From NCBI GenBank assembly GCA_050273025.1, contig CP158635.1, forward strand, positions 17,856,001 to 17,920,000: a stretch of DNA of 64,000 nt, read 5' to 3'. The position numbers were made by a program, and so were the translations under genes. Positions within the stretch are counted from its first letter, which is position 1. Every line of letters starts with the position of its first letter. The stretch is from Cenococcum geophilum (lineage: Eukaryota). Shown here piece by piece: positions 1-10,993 of this stretch. The notes under the pieces were generated by a model. It ran no database searches and was not told the origin of the DNA. It saw nothing but the letters and a program-made list of their open reading frames with translations.

Positions 1-599
1 ACAATGGAATCGATCCTTTAACTATTGCAGTAGACCTAAGCAGAGTGCCCCCGGTTGTTGTAGAAGGATAGAGTTATGCGGAGCTGCCTAAAGAACTATG
101 GGACAGAATTAAGTAAATGGAAGGACGCGAAAGAGCTACATCGTCTAAGAGCCGCTAGTTTAATGCCTCTCGTGCTGCCCCGCTAGGCGGACGCAAGCGG
201 TCTTATTTAACCAGAACGGAGTCTCCTTACTTACCATCTCAGGTTTGTGGTAAGGGCAAGGAACGCATATAATTACCTACCGCGCCTTTATTTCAAAGAT
301 AAGGAGTTTTAGAGTTTTAGAAGTCGTTAGGGGATAACGACTTAGGTAGGGGAGGTATATAGTGGTGTGATTTGGCCCTAGGATTTAATATCTAGATTAG
401 GTATAGCTTCGGGAGAGCCTAGGCCTTCCACAAGTTATATAGATCGGTCTAAAGCCTTTAGAGTCTTCAACAACTCGGGCGACACCGACAGACACCCAAT
501 TTTCCTATAATACACTCTTTTCTTTCTCTTCTTACTGCTTAATTCTGACTGATGGTGACTGACCAACAGACTGACCGACCGACTGACAGATAGCACTGA

Positions 600-2220
600 G
601 ACTTTCCTATCTTAGAGAGGTCGTACCCTCCCACACTACTATGCGCTATTTCCATGCCAAATATAACCGCGTTAAGAATCGCGTTAATGGACTCCCTATA
701 TAGCCTAGACTATTAGCTTATAACCTAATATTTACTCTATATAAGAATAAGGGCCTTTTAATATAGCTATATTACTATAATATACTTAGAACGCGTGCGA
801 TAGTCTAGGAGCTTAAGTAGGAGTGTAATTATATACTTAAATTACGTTATACCGGCCTAGAAGAACTACCACTTTATAGTAGCTATTAGACTAATAAATT
901 CCTTAAGCGCTATCCTAAATTTAGCCTATATACTAAGAATCTTAAAAAGCTGAAAAGATAGGCAGTAAAAGACCTAATAGCGCTATCGCGCTAGTATAAG
1001 GGCTATAATTACATAGTAGGGCTTTATGAAATTATAGTAGGAGATATATATAATTATAATAAAATAGGTATACGCCTAGGCGTAGGTAAGAAAGAGAAGG
1101 TAATTATAGCTTTAAAGGCTTTTTAAATTACTACTATAAAGGATACTAGCTACGAATTAGCTATAGTTATAGAGGTAATTTCTAGTAATAGAGTTATAGG
1201 GCCTCTACTTATTATCCTAGGAGGTAAAACTATATAGAAGCGCTAGTATATATAAATAGACGAGCCGCTAGGTAATTACTTACTAGTAGTAAGCGATACT
1301 ATATATACTAATAACCAGCTACTATTAGAGTAGGCTATTTACTTTAAAAAGTGGTCTAAAAAGCGCTAAATTAGCAAAAATCAACTCCTTATCCTAAATA
1401 GCTATACTAGCCATTTTACTAGGCAATTTATATAGTTTTATAACGATTACCTAATTATCCTATTTACTATAATTCCGCATATAACGCATATCTATTAACC
1501 TCCTAATATTATAGTTTTTTAGCTATATAAGTGCTATTATAGGCAAGCTATGGCTAGGGCCTTTTAAAATAGTTATATAGATTTTAATAAGATAGAGTTT
1601 CTACAAGCTCTATATAAAGTTCGCTTTAATATATTTAAGAAAAGTATAGTCCTAAGCGTCTAGGCGAAATTAGGGCTAATTTCTTTTAATCCTACTATTA
1701 TGCTTAGCCAAATTTAAAAGCTATTACTATAAGTAACAACGTCTATAGATACGGGTTCTATAGATAATTACCCTTTAGAGGCACTAACTTATACGTATAT
1801 ACTTATAGTACTAGCTAATTTACTAGATTAGAAGGAGGACAAGGATACATGGTATATTCTGCATAAAAAGTTTATATATAATAGCCTAGTAATTGCGGTT
1901 ATAGCTAAGGCTATATATAGAGACTTATTATATACCACTATAGTAGCGCAGAAGCGTAAGGATATGCAAAAGGACGCTTAGCAGTCGCTTTATATGGGAG
2001 GTATACTTTATATATAAGATAGGCGCAATACTATAGAGAATTCTAAACTCTTAGTATTGTAAGGTATATAAAAGAAGCTAGAGAAGCTTAAGAAAAAGGC
2101 TGCTAATAAGGTAATTAAGGCCTAGAAGTATAAAGAGATAAATATATACAAAGTTATAAGGGCCTATAATAAGGCTAACGGAATTATAGTAAGACAAGGG
2201 CCTTGTAAAAAGAAGTAGTA
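600..2220 (+). pseudogene. RIP-inactivated Fot1/pogo-family (DDE_1) transposase; ends approximate
   Basis: De-RIPed motifs GDIYNY(D)(E)(T)GIRLG (~1041-1080), LLIL(D)(G)(H)TSHFT (~1385-1420) and (P)(D)(V)(V)VF(Q)(P)YK (~1500-1530) match pogo DDE motifs; many TAA/TAG stops. Its own TIRs were not identified. Confidence 0.85.
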
Positions 2221-2273
2221 AATATATCGTAATTTTCTAAGTTTCTTGCTAGGTTATATACCGTAGAAGTCGA

Positions 2274-2306
2274 GGCCGGCTCGTGCACGGTACCAGCTCG
2301 TGCACG
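2274..2306 (+). repeat. Left TIR core GGCCGGCTCGTGCACGGTACCAGCTCGTGCACG
   Basis: Exact reverse complement of 8946-8978. Confidence 0.9.
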
Positions 2307-2955
2307 GTTTTCCTCACCAAAATCTACCTAAATACACCTTTTTCTACTACCTATAACTTAATGACCTTTTAATATAACTTTATAAAAATTTTAATATGGC
2401 TTATCAAATACTATGACTATAGTTTTATCTAATAAAAATATATAATATTAAAAAATATTTATATTAAAAATAAGGTTAAAAAAGTGCGTTTTTAATAGAA
2501 ACTTAAATTGTTAATAATAAAATTAATAGACGTATTATATAGCTATAAAATATTTTTTATATATAATTATTACATAGGTAAGTTTTTTTTAAATATTTAT
2601 TGACTTTATTAACTATATATTTAAATAGATTATATTTAAGTAAAAACCAAAGCCATAATATTATAATATTACATTTTAATATGCTTTACTATAGCTATAA
2701 TAAGTTATAAAAAATATAATTTAGTTTATAATTATATTAGATATTACGTTTTTATATTTTTATCTAATTTTTAACCTTTTATTTTTGACTTTTCTTATAT
2801 ATTATATAATTATAGAGTTTTTTATATTATAAATGGTTTAATTTATTATATAATAGTTATATAAATTAAAAAAACTTAATTTTTTAATTTTTTATTATTA
2901 AATTTTATATAAAATTAAAAGATCTTAAAAAAATTTAAAAAATTTAATATATATA

Positions 2956-3110
2956 TGTCGGTATACTCGCTTTATCAACATGCACGAATATCACTCGTAG
3001 TGGTACGTATGCGGTGTTGAAGTTGGTAGTTAATTATTGTTTAGAAGAAAGGGGTTGCTCCAAGGTCAGACAGTTAGTCTCGCTTCGTAGTCCCGTGACT
3101 ACGTCACGTG
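2956..3110 (-). repeat. Copia 3' LTR, truncated by 15 bp on its inner side
   Basis: Near-identical to 8319-8473, then jumps directly into RNase H coding sequence. Confidence 0.9.
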
Positions 3111-6100
3111 TCTGCTAGTATAAGTACGTAGCCAATTTGCGAAAATAAGTCCTTATTGTTGGCGAAGGAAGCGTCCGTAAATACCAGAAGTTATAAGGTA
3201 TTAACGTCTAGCTTAACGAACTTTAGGCCTCTATTTACGTTCTTAATCTACCAGCTTAATCGCTTATTAAGACTCTTTATATTATCTTTAACTAGGTTAA
3301 TTACCTAGGTAGTAAAGGATAGGTTAAATAAGGCCTTTAGCTAATAGACTAAGGCGATATAGGCTCCTCTGGCGCGTTAAGCGATATACTAGTTCTTTAG
3401 CGTAAATAGGCCACGCGTAACTCCTCTAGAGCTAGTACTATCTACTAGCGTAGTGTTAACTATACTAAGGTTCTTACACTAGCGCTTTTGCGTTAGCGTA
3501 ATACTCCTGTCTTATATTAATTAAATAAGTCCTCCGTTAAACTTAATTGGTATATTAGCGGTTAATTACTCTTACTTCTTAGCCATAAATTTGGCCTTAT
3601 ATAGTTCGCTTTATTTAGCCTCTATAAAGGTATTATCTGCAAGGAATAGTGTATTGTTAGTTTATAGGCCGACAATTCTAAAAGGCTTATCGCTGTAGAG
3701 TAAGTAAGGGTTGTACGTAGACTGGTCCATTTGCAGCTAATTAACGTAGTGTAAATAGTAGGTCTTAAATTAGTAGTTTTTAGCTTTAGGTACTCTATAA
3801 AGTGGCTTTATAACCTTTAGAATGGAGTCCGTATTAATTCCCAATTGTTTATTTAGCTTGTGTGGTGGTTATATATAGAACTCGCGGTTTAGGTTCGTAG
3901 TAGACTAGACGTAGGCTTATAAGATGTCTTAGAGGTAGAGTTATGTCTGCGGTAGCATAGCAGCGATACAGAGAATTAGCCGCTGGCTAACTCGTTAAAT
4001 TATTGGTGACTAAGTAAGGACTAGCTCTTTCTCTAAGTCATTATAGGCCTATACAACGAGTTATGATTTCTTAAAGGCTTTATTAGTTCCCTTATTCTTA
4101 ATCTTATTAATAAACCGTAAATTAAAGAGTCTAACCCCCTTTGGTATATTGTGTAGTTTAATAATCTTAAAGACGCCTTTCTTAAGTAGGCCTATGACCT
4201 CCTTTTGTCGTGAAGCGCTAAATTAGGTATTGCTATCGTTCTATAAGTAAATAGTAGTGCTAGCCGTATCTGCGGTATTATTGTCCTATAAGTAGATAGC
4301 GATATCTATAATACCCATAATATCCGCAATATTACCTGTAAAAGCGTCTATATCTATTATAGCATCCGTAATAGTTGTATCTATAACAGCTATAAGTAAT
4401 AGGTATTTACGGGGGCAACCTCTACCTCGCTTTGGCGGTAGCTATGGCTTAGCCTTAGGTAACGATTAAGGTTTGGCTAGTAAAGGTACTAGTTTATCTA
4501 ATTTAGCAGACTCTTATAGTTTAACTGGGTCTTATAGGTCTAGTAAGTAAGGTTTTACAACCGTAGAGCGGAAGGTTATAGGCCTATTTAATAGCTTTAC
4601 GGTATAGGTCTTGCCGTTAATGGTAAGTAGTATATATAGTCCGTCCCAATAACCACTTTAGCTAGTATTGCCTTCTCTCTAGACTAAGACAGGCAAACTA
4701 GGTGGAAGGCCGTAAATAGCGTCGGTTTATGGTCCATTTCGCATATTAAGAGCGTTAGCGATCTGTTATTTAGCTTATAGCTTCTAGATTTCCACCATTG
4801 CTTTCTTAATAGCCGCAGCTTGTTATATAACTGAAGGTAATAGTGCATCCAATTTAACCATTTAGGGGTAGGCTCTAAAGACTAAGAGTGTAGGGACTAG
4901 GCCTTCTAGGCCGGCCGTATTATTAATGGCTTTAAAGGCCATTTATAGGGCCATCTTCTTACTAATTTTAGGGATTTCAGTTGTAATGATTTGGTAGGCT
5001 TATTGTAGCGGGCCGTAGTAGCGTTCTACCATTCTAATGGAATTATATAATTCGACTAGAACCAACTTTATAGTTACTCCTATAGTAGCTATATAGTGCT
5101 TAAACTCCTTACTAATAAAGTTCTTTCTAGCGTCTATAGTGATTAAGTCTGGTAGTCCTAAATAGCTATTAATCTAGTACATTTAAAGAACGTCCTAAGT
5201 GTGCTTAGCGCTAATATCTTATAGCTATCTACTAGCTTAAAATTGAGTTGCTTCGTCAACTACATATAGTAGGGGGGAGCCGCTAATATATATAATGTTA
5301 ACGATAATATTATAATTAAAATTAACGTTATCTTATAAGGTGAAGCGAAATCTACCTAGGGGTCTGCTAAACTTCTAGCAGTAGTGGCAGAGTCTAGTTA
5401 GTTCTTCAATAACAGATCTATTAGTGTCGTGGCCGTGGCCAGCCTTATTAAGAAGCTTTTGCAGTTTATTAACTAACGGGTAACTAAATCAACGGTGTAG
5501 ACGTCGTAGTTCTACGTCAGTTAAGTAGTAAGGGTTTATATTAAAAGACTTGACCAAATAAGACTGTAGGGAGAAGCTCTATAGGAGAAATAGGTGGCCA
5601 AATCGTCTAACTACTAGCACCTTTTTAGTGCGAGTAATAATGACGTCTTTTAGGTTATCGTATTTAATATAGAGTTTATCCATATCTGCTAAGCAAAGTA
5701 GGAAAGAAGTATCTGCTTTAACGATGTGGAATTATACCTTACCTATAGGGCTGTTAACGTCTATAGTTTCAATAGACGTAGAGGCTCCGATCCCAAATTA
5801 GATAGTTACTTAGCCCTTAGTTAACGTGTTAAGACTTACAGACTTATCTACGGCCTATAGAGCTTAGAATTAACTATAGCCAGCTATAGACTTGCGTAAA
5901 GCACCCGTATTAATTATAATTCCTATAAAGACCGTTAAGGTGTATCGTGACGCTATAGCTGTAGCCGTACTGTAGGTAAATGGGTTAGTCTCCGTATAAG
6001 GTTCCGTGGTAGACTCCGTGGTAAGTTCTAAAGCTATAAGCAGGTGTATATAAGCCTTATTAGCTAGCTCTACGCTTATAGAGGTTGCTTCCTCCGTAAT

Positions 6101-7982
6101 AAGTGTTCTAAAGGTAGTAATATAGGTAGAACTATCGTCAGGTTCTCCAGCATCGCTCCTAGAGTTGTTAGCGTCTTATATATAGGCTTTAAAGTCTAAA
6201 TTATTATCTTTATCTCTTTTACAAGCAGCGATATATTGCTTAAAGTGGTTGTTAAAGTTACCCTTATTACGGCCCTTAATATCAATAAAGCGTCTCTTAT
6301 AGTCATCTCTGGACCAATTGCGCTCCTCCTCTATATATTTTTATAAACGGTAGTCCTCCTTCTTACAGACGTAGTACTTGGCCTTTAGTCTGCCATTGGT
6401 TCTACGAGAGCGATTGCTGCTATAGCAATTGGTGTTTCGGTCTCAACTTTAGTTGTTTTAATAGTAGCGTTAATCCATAAAAAAGGCTTAGTGAGACAGT
6501 CTTATTAAGGCCTATAAGGGGTGTTCTTTTTCCTATGTAATAATAGAGGATTATAGCTTATTAATTAACTAAGAAAGGTTTTCTAAGGGGTTGGAGACAG
6601 TAATACGGCATACTAGTACTCCCTAGTAAGCGGTAACCAACTTATTTATAAGAATGCGGTTTATACAAAAGTCTAGGTATAGTTTATAATATTACTTTAG
6701 CAGTTTATCTATAAGTAGTTAGAAGTTCTAATAGATTAACTTATTAGGGTTCTCGTCTATAACTTCTTAAAGGGTTATGCTGTTCTACTCCATAAGGTTC
6801 TTACGGTAGTATTTTAGCCCTTTAAAGAACTGTCATATATAGTTACAGGCTTTAGTAAAAGGTCTTAACTTAAGATTGCTGTTATAGTAGTGGTCCTAAG
6901 TAAGCCCTTTTAGCATGCTAGGGAATGCTACTATGTAGCCTTCTAGTAGCAAGCTAGATCTCTTGCAGATATTATAAAAGATAGTTAACTTAAAGTTAAA
7001 GCTATTACTAACTCCATCATACTTTTGGTCGTCTGTGTAGATCTTTATAATTATAGCCACCTCTTTACTGTATCTAGGTCCTTATCTAGGTCCTTGCTCT
7101 ATACTAGGCATAGCTAGTTTAGGTGGTATATATATATATAGCTACTACGGTTACTGCGGCTGCTATAGCTGCTATAGTTGCTGTTCTTTTAGCCATAGCA
7201 GTTAGTTAATAAGAGCGTGGATTTATTTATAATTAGGGGATTAAGGACTAAGAGGGGTAATAGGGGTAGCGGGGGTAGCAATTGGAGTAGCTAGTAGTGT
7301 AGCAATTGGAGTAGCTGGTAGAATTAGCGGAGCAGTTAGTAGTGAGGCTAAAGGTATAAATACGGGTATTTACGTACCAGACCTAGGTGGTATTACAACT
7401 ATATCTATACGCTAAGCTAATAGACCGTTATAAGTGTGGTTTAACCTATTTCGCAGTACTCTTATAGCTAGTAGTTCTGCCAACTCCTTAATAGTTACTA
7501 CGATCTCCTTATCTATCCATTAATATAGCTCTTCTTATTATACAACTTTAAATAACAGTTTGGATATAGTAACTCTATTACTAGGTTTGCCTACATATAT
7601 ACCTCCTTTAAGGAGATGTTTTTACAGCTTAGATCTAGTATCTATACATATCTTCTTAAAGTTCTCTACTATAAACCCTTTAAACTGCTCTTAAAAGATG
7701 GTCCATAAGTTATTATCCGTAAGGTCTTATGTTAGGTATATCGTCATCTATACAAACTCTACTAGTTCGTCCTTTGTAGCCTCATCTACATTAATTCCGT
7801 ATCCATATTTACTGGCCATTACGGCCCATTCTTCCTCTATTTATACCATAGTTGTAGGTATAAGGGTAGGTATAAGGGTAGGTCGTCGTTTAAGTATTAA
7901 AGTAAGAGTGTGAAGGTATATACGTGTCCTATTAACAAATCTATAGTTCTTAGACACTATAGACGATTCTTAGTAAAGATAC

Positions 7983-8280
7983 GGTCCTTTAGGCGATCTA
8001 ACGCGTTAACAGTTAAGTTAATACGTGGTTTTAAGCTTTAAGGGTCCTCTAGGCAATCTAACGCATCAGCGAGCTAATATATAGTCTTAAGCTTTAAGGA
8101 TAACGTAGCTCTCTCTAAGTAAAAATACAGTTCTCTAGGCGATCTAACGCGTTAGCAGTTAAGCTAATACGTGGTTTTAAGCTTTAAGGGTAACGTAGTT
8201 TTCTCCTTTAACTAAAATAGGGCGATAGCTCTGCGATCTAACGCGTTAGTAGTTAAGCCAATATATGGTTTTAAGCTTTG
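7983..8280. repeat. Four imperfect ~50-bp repeats in the copia 5' leader
   Basis: GCGATCTAACGCGTTA.CAGTTAAG.TAATA.GTGGTTTTAAGCTTT recurs at ~7993, 8052, 8140 and 8233. Confidence 0.85.
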
Positions 8281-8318
8281 CTATTACGTATTTCCTAATC
8301 TATACGTCTACTAATTAG

Positions 8319-8488
8319 TATCGGTATACTCGCTTTATCAACATGCACGAATATCACTCGTAGTGGTACGTATGCGGTATTAAAGTTGGTAGTTGATTGT
8401 TGTCTAGAAGAAAGGGGTTGCTCCAAGGTCAGACAGTTAGTCTCGCTTCGTAGTCCCGTGACTACGTCACGTGATTAATGTTCCGACA
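8319..8488 (-). repeat. Copia 5' LTR (170 bp)
   Basis: TATCGG (RIPed TGTCGG)...CCGACA termini; near-identical to 2956-3110. Confidence 0.9.
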
Positions 8489-8945
8489 ATATGTATAAAA
8501 TAAAAGTATTTATATTTATATTATTAGCTATTTAATATTTTTAGTATATAATAGTATATTATATTAAAAATTTTTAATATTATACTTAATATTATACTAT
8601 TTTTATTATAATCTTTTTTTTATATAAATTTGAAAAATTTAATCCATAATTTTATAATATATATTATTATTATAGCCAAGAAAACTTTATATATAAATTA
8701 TATAATACTAGGAAATTAAAATATAAAGTTTTTATATCCTATTTTACATTTAATTAATTAATTATTTAACTATATAAATTTTTCGTTAAAAATTTAAAAG
8801 GTTTAATAACTTTCTAAATATGTAATATTTTTAAAAAATTATTTTATATTATTATTTTATATTGCTATCAGTATAATACGTGTAAATTATATGCTATTAT
8901 ATAAAGAGGTTAAAAAGTTATTATATTTTTAGTGGGGTGGAAAAG

Positions 8946-8978
8946 CGTGCACGAGCTGGTACCGTGCACGAGCCGGCC
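8946..8978 (-). repeat. Right TIR core
   Basis: Exact reverse complement of 2274-2306. Confidence 0.9.
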
Positions 8979-9241
8979 CAAACGCTTACTAGTAGCCACC
9001 TAGCTAGCTAGGTAGTATTGGTTAAGTTTACGAAAATTAAAACGCCACGGGTATATCTTTTCTTTAGTTGTTTTTTTTCTTATTAAGGTTCCCCAGGGGT
9101 TTAAAGTAGGGGTCAGACAGCCAGATTATATATAGCAGTATATTAATATCCTTTTAAACCCTTCTGGGATAAGTCCTTTATAATCTCCCTTTACTATAAG
9201 GTAATAGCGATTAGGAGCCAACTATAAGAAGGGGGGGGCAA

Positions 9242-9595
9242 TATAAGGGATATTATTGCGGTTACTTTGGGTTACCTTTAGGACAACCCCCAGATACCCT
9301 CGGATGGCCGTCGGTCACGTGCCGGAGGCACGTGCCTGTAGTATATAGTCTCCACGATCCCAGAGGCTTTACCTCGTCTCCTCCACAATCTATCCTGTTC
9401 CTACAATCGTACCTTATAGCCCCCTATCTACAAAGTCCCCTTATATACAGGCTGTATATATTATTATTTATTTATTACTTAACGTCTAATTCGGATCCAC
9501 GTAGACTACTCCGTACACGTAGGGGAAAAGTAATATTAATAGGAAAAACCCCCGTTATATATTATAGGGAGAAAAGCCCTATAAGCTACCTTACA
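9242..9595 (+). mobile_element. 3' LTR of a further (probably Ty3/gypsy) retrotransposon, with polypurine tract
   Basis: Termini TATAAGG (RIPed TGTAAGG)...CCTTACA; AAGAAGGGGGGGG PPT ends 3 bp upstream (9238); RIP signature stops abruptly at 9595. Partner LTR is not in the window. Confidence 0.65.
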
Positions 9596-9661
9596 GTGCA
9601 CACGCGAGCCAACACCACACGATCCTCTCTCAACTCCATCTCATCCTCACCACTAGCAACC

Positions 9662-10297
9662 ATGCCGCACCCCAAAACGCCTTCAATTCGCAATGAGAGC
9701 GACAGCGACTCAATATCTCCTCTCACTTATCATGTCCTGGTATTCACACTTGACTTCATCCAACCCAACCCTCATGCCTGGTCACCACCTCTGTGCAACA
9801 ACCGCGGACTATCCACTCAGCCTGGATTGAAGCCCGGTCGAAATGGTTTCAAACTATTTGACCCGCCCCTGAAACTCAAAAGCACCGGTCCAATCCCCCG
9901 GCCTACCTCGCTCGACATCCCTGAGAGCCTATGAGCTGGCGGGCTCGAAGTGAGGGGCACCGGATTCATTGAGCTTGACGTCCTAGACGGCAACGGTGAA
10001 GCAAAAGAAGCTAGACTGAAGTTTAGGAACGTCCTCTTCGTCCCCGGTCTCGCCATCAACCCCCTCTCCGCGTACCAGCTCGAGAAAGAAGGGCTCCACA
10101 TCACGGCCTCCCTCATCGTCTCCCCGGCGCCCGTCTCCCAAGACGACGACGGCGCGGCGACGCTCTCTAACCCAAACCCGCCCATGCAGAACGCAACGCC
10201 TATCGCATCCCATCCCATCATCAACTCCCCCAAAAAGGTTACCTCAATCATCCTCCAGCGCCTTTTCCCTCTTCCACAAAAACCGCCAGTGTTATAA
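9662..10297 (+). pseudogene. Stand-alone ORF with a degenerate copia Pol protease/beta-barrel-like region, one in-frame TGA at 9932-9934
   Basis: ORFs 9332-9934 and 9950-10297 are in the same frame, separated only by TGA. GGLEVRGTGFIEL...LKFRNVLFVPGLAINPLSAYQLEKEG resembles the copia G.G.V.L...L.DVLYVP.L..NLLS..QL motif; upstream LCNNRGL resembles H.CNDRSLF; no DSG triad; no RIP signature. Confidence 0.55.
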
Positions 10298-10378
10298 ATT
10301 ACAACGCCACTTTTTTTATCCACACCGTGATGACCAACTACCTCTAAAAACACAAAACACCTCAACCGACATGTACAA

Positions 10379-10962
10379 TCACTGGTACCACTCCTCCTCA
10401 TTATACGCACACATCGCGCCCCCATACCCATTAACGCCATTCATCCCCACCCCACCCACCCCACCCACCCCATTCCCATTCCCCGCCACGCCTGCCCCCG
10501 TGCTCACAAACCCGCTGTCCAGGCTGCCGCCCCCCGCCGCCGTGGTGCTATTCAGCCACGCCACGTCCGCCTCGGTGATGTTCCAGTTGTCGAACCCCAG
10601 CGCGAGCTGCGACTGGTCGCGCAGCCACCAGTCCTGGCCCTCGCGGATGAGGGCGTCGACGCCGCCGAAGAGCTGCGAGGGGGAGTCGTGCGCCGACGTC
10701 GCGCTGCTGCTGTTGACCGACTGCCGCTGCGTCGTCGAACTGGCGGGCGACGTCGGGGCTTGCGTCGCGCCGGACGCGTGGCGCTGCGCGCGCGGGTAGT
10801 TCAAGTCGGCGGCCGTGCTCGGGGGCATGCAGCGGTTTTCCGAGGAGCGGCACAGCGCGGCCGAGGTGAGGGAGGGCGCGGTGGCGAAGGACGAGGTTTG
10901 GAAGAAGTCGGTGGTGTTGGGCAGTGCGGGCATGCTGTAGGCAGGCAGAAGGGGCGAGGTCA

Positions 10963-10993
<31 letters not shown>

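Larger units (their letters stand above)
2956..8488 (-). mobile_element. Ty1/copia LTR retrotransposon, RIPed, with 3' internal deletion
   Basis: Direct-repeat LTRs with TGTCGG...CCGACA termini; 5-bp TSD ATATA/ATATG (one RIP-type change). On the minus strand the integrase motif DISAKHT(W)DVL..M.(W)I(D)SYLGLPDLIT.DA.KNFISKEFK (~5100-5220) precedes RT and the RNase H start LVFTDASFANNKDL.SQIGYVLILA (~3112-3190), i.e. copia IN-RT order. Confidence 0.92.
2261..8992. mobile_element. Tc1/mariner-pogo-type TIR element remnant (~1.2 kb of its own, extremely AT-rich sequence) split by a copia insertion
   Basis: Perfect 33-bp inverted repeat core at 2274-2306 and 8946-8978 with an internal direct repeat (GCTCGTGCACG x2), typical of Fot1-like TIRs. 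TA lies 13-14 bp outside each core; the outermost bases diverge, so exact ends are uncertain. Confidence 0.7.

Noticed and set aside
1..600. Left TIR of the first pogo element and identity of the first 480 bp
   Set aside because: No convincing inverted match to the candidate right end near 9051; the sequence is RIPed but unassignable.
9337..9595. Solo LTR TGTAG...TTACA with GTGCC/GTGCA flanks
   Set aside because: A start at 9242 gives a longer terminal inverted match (TGTAAGG/CCTTACA) and sits directly after a PPT.
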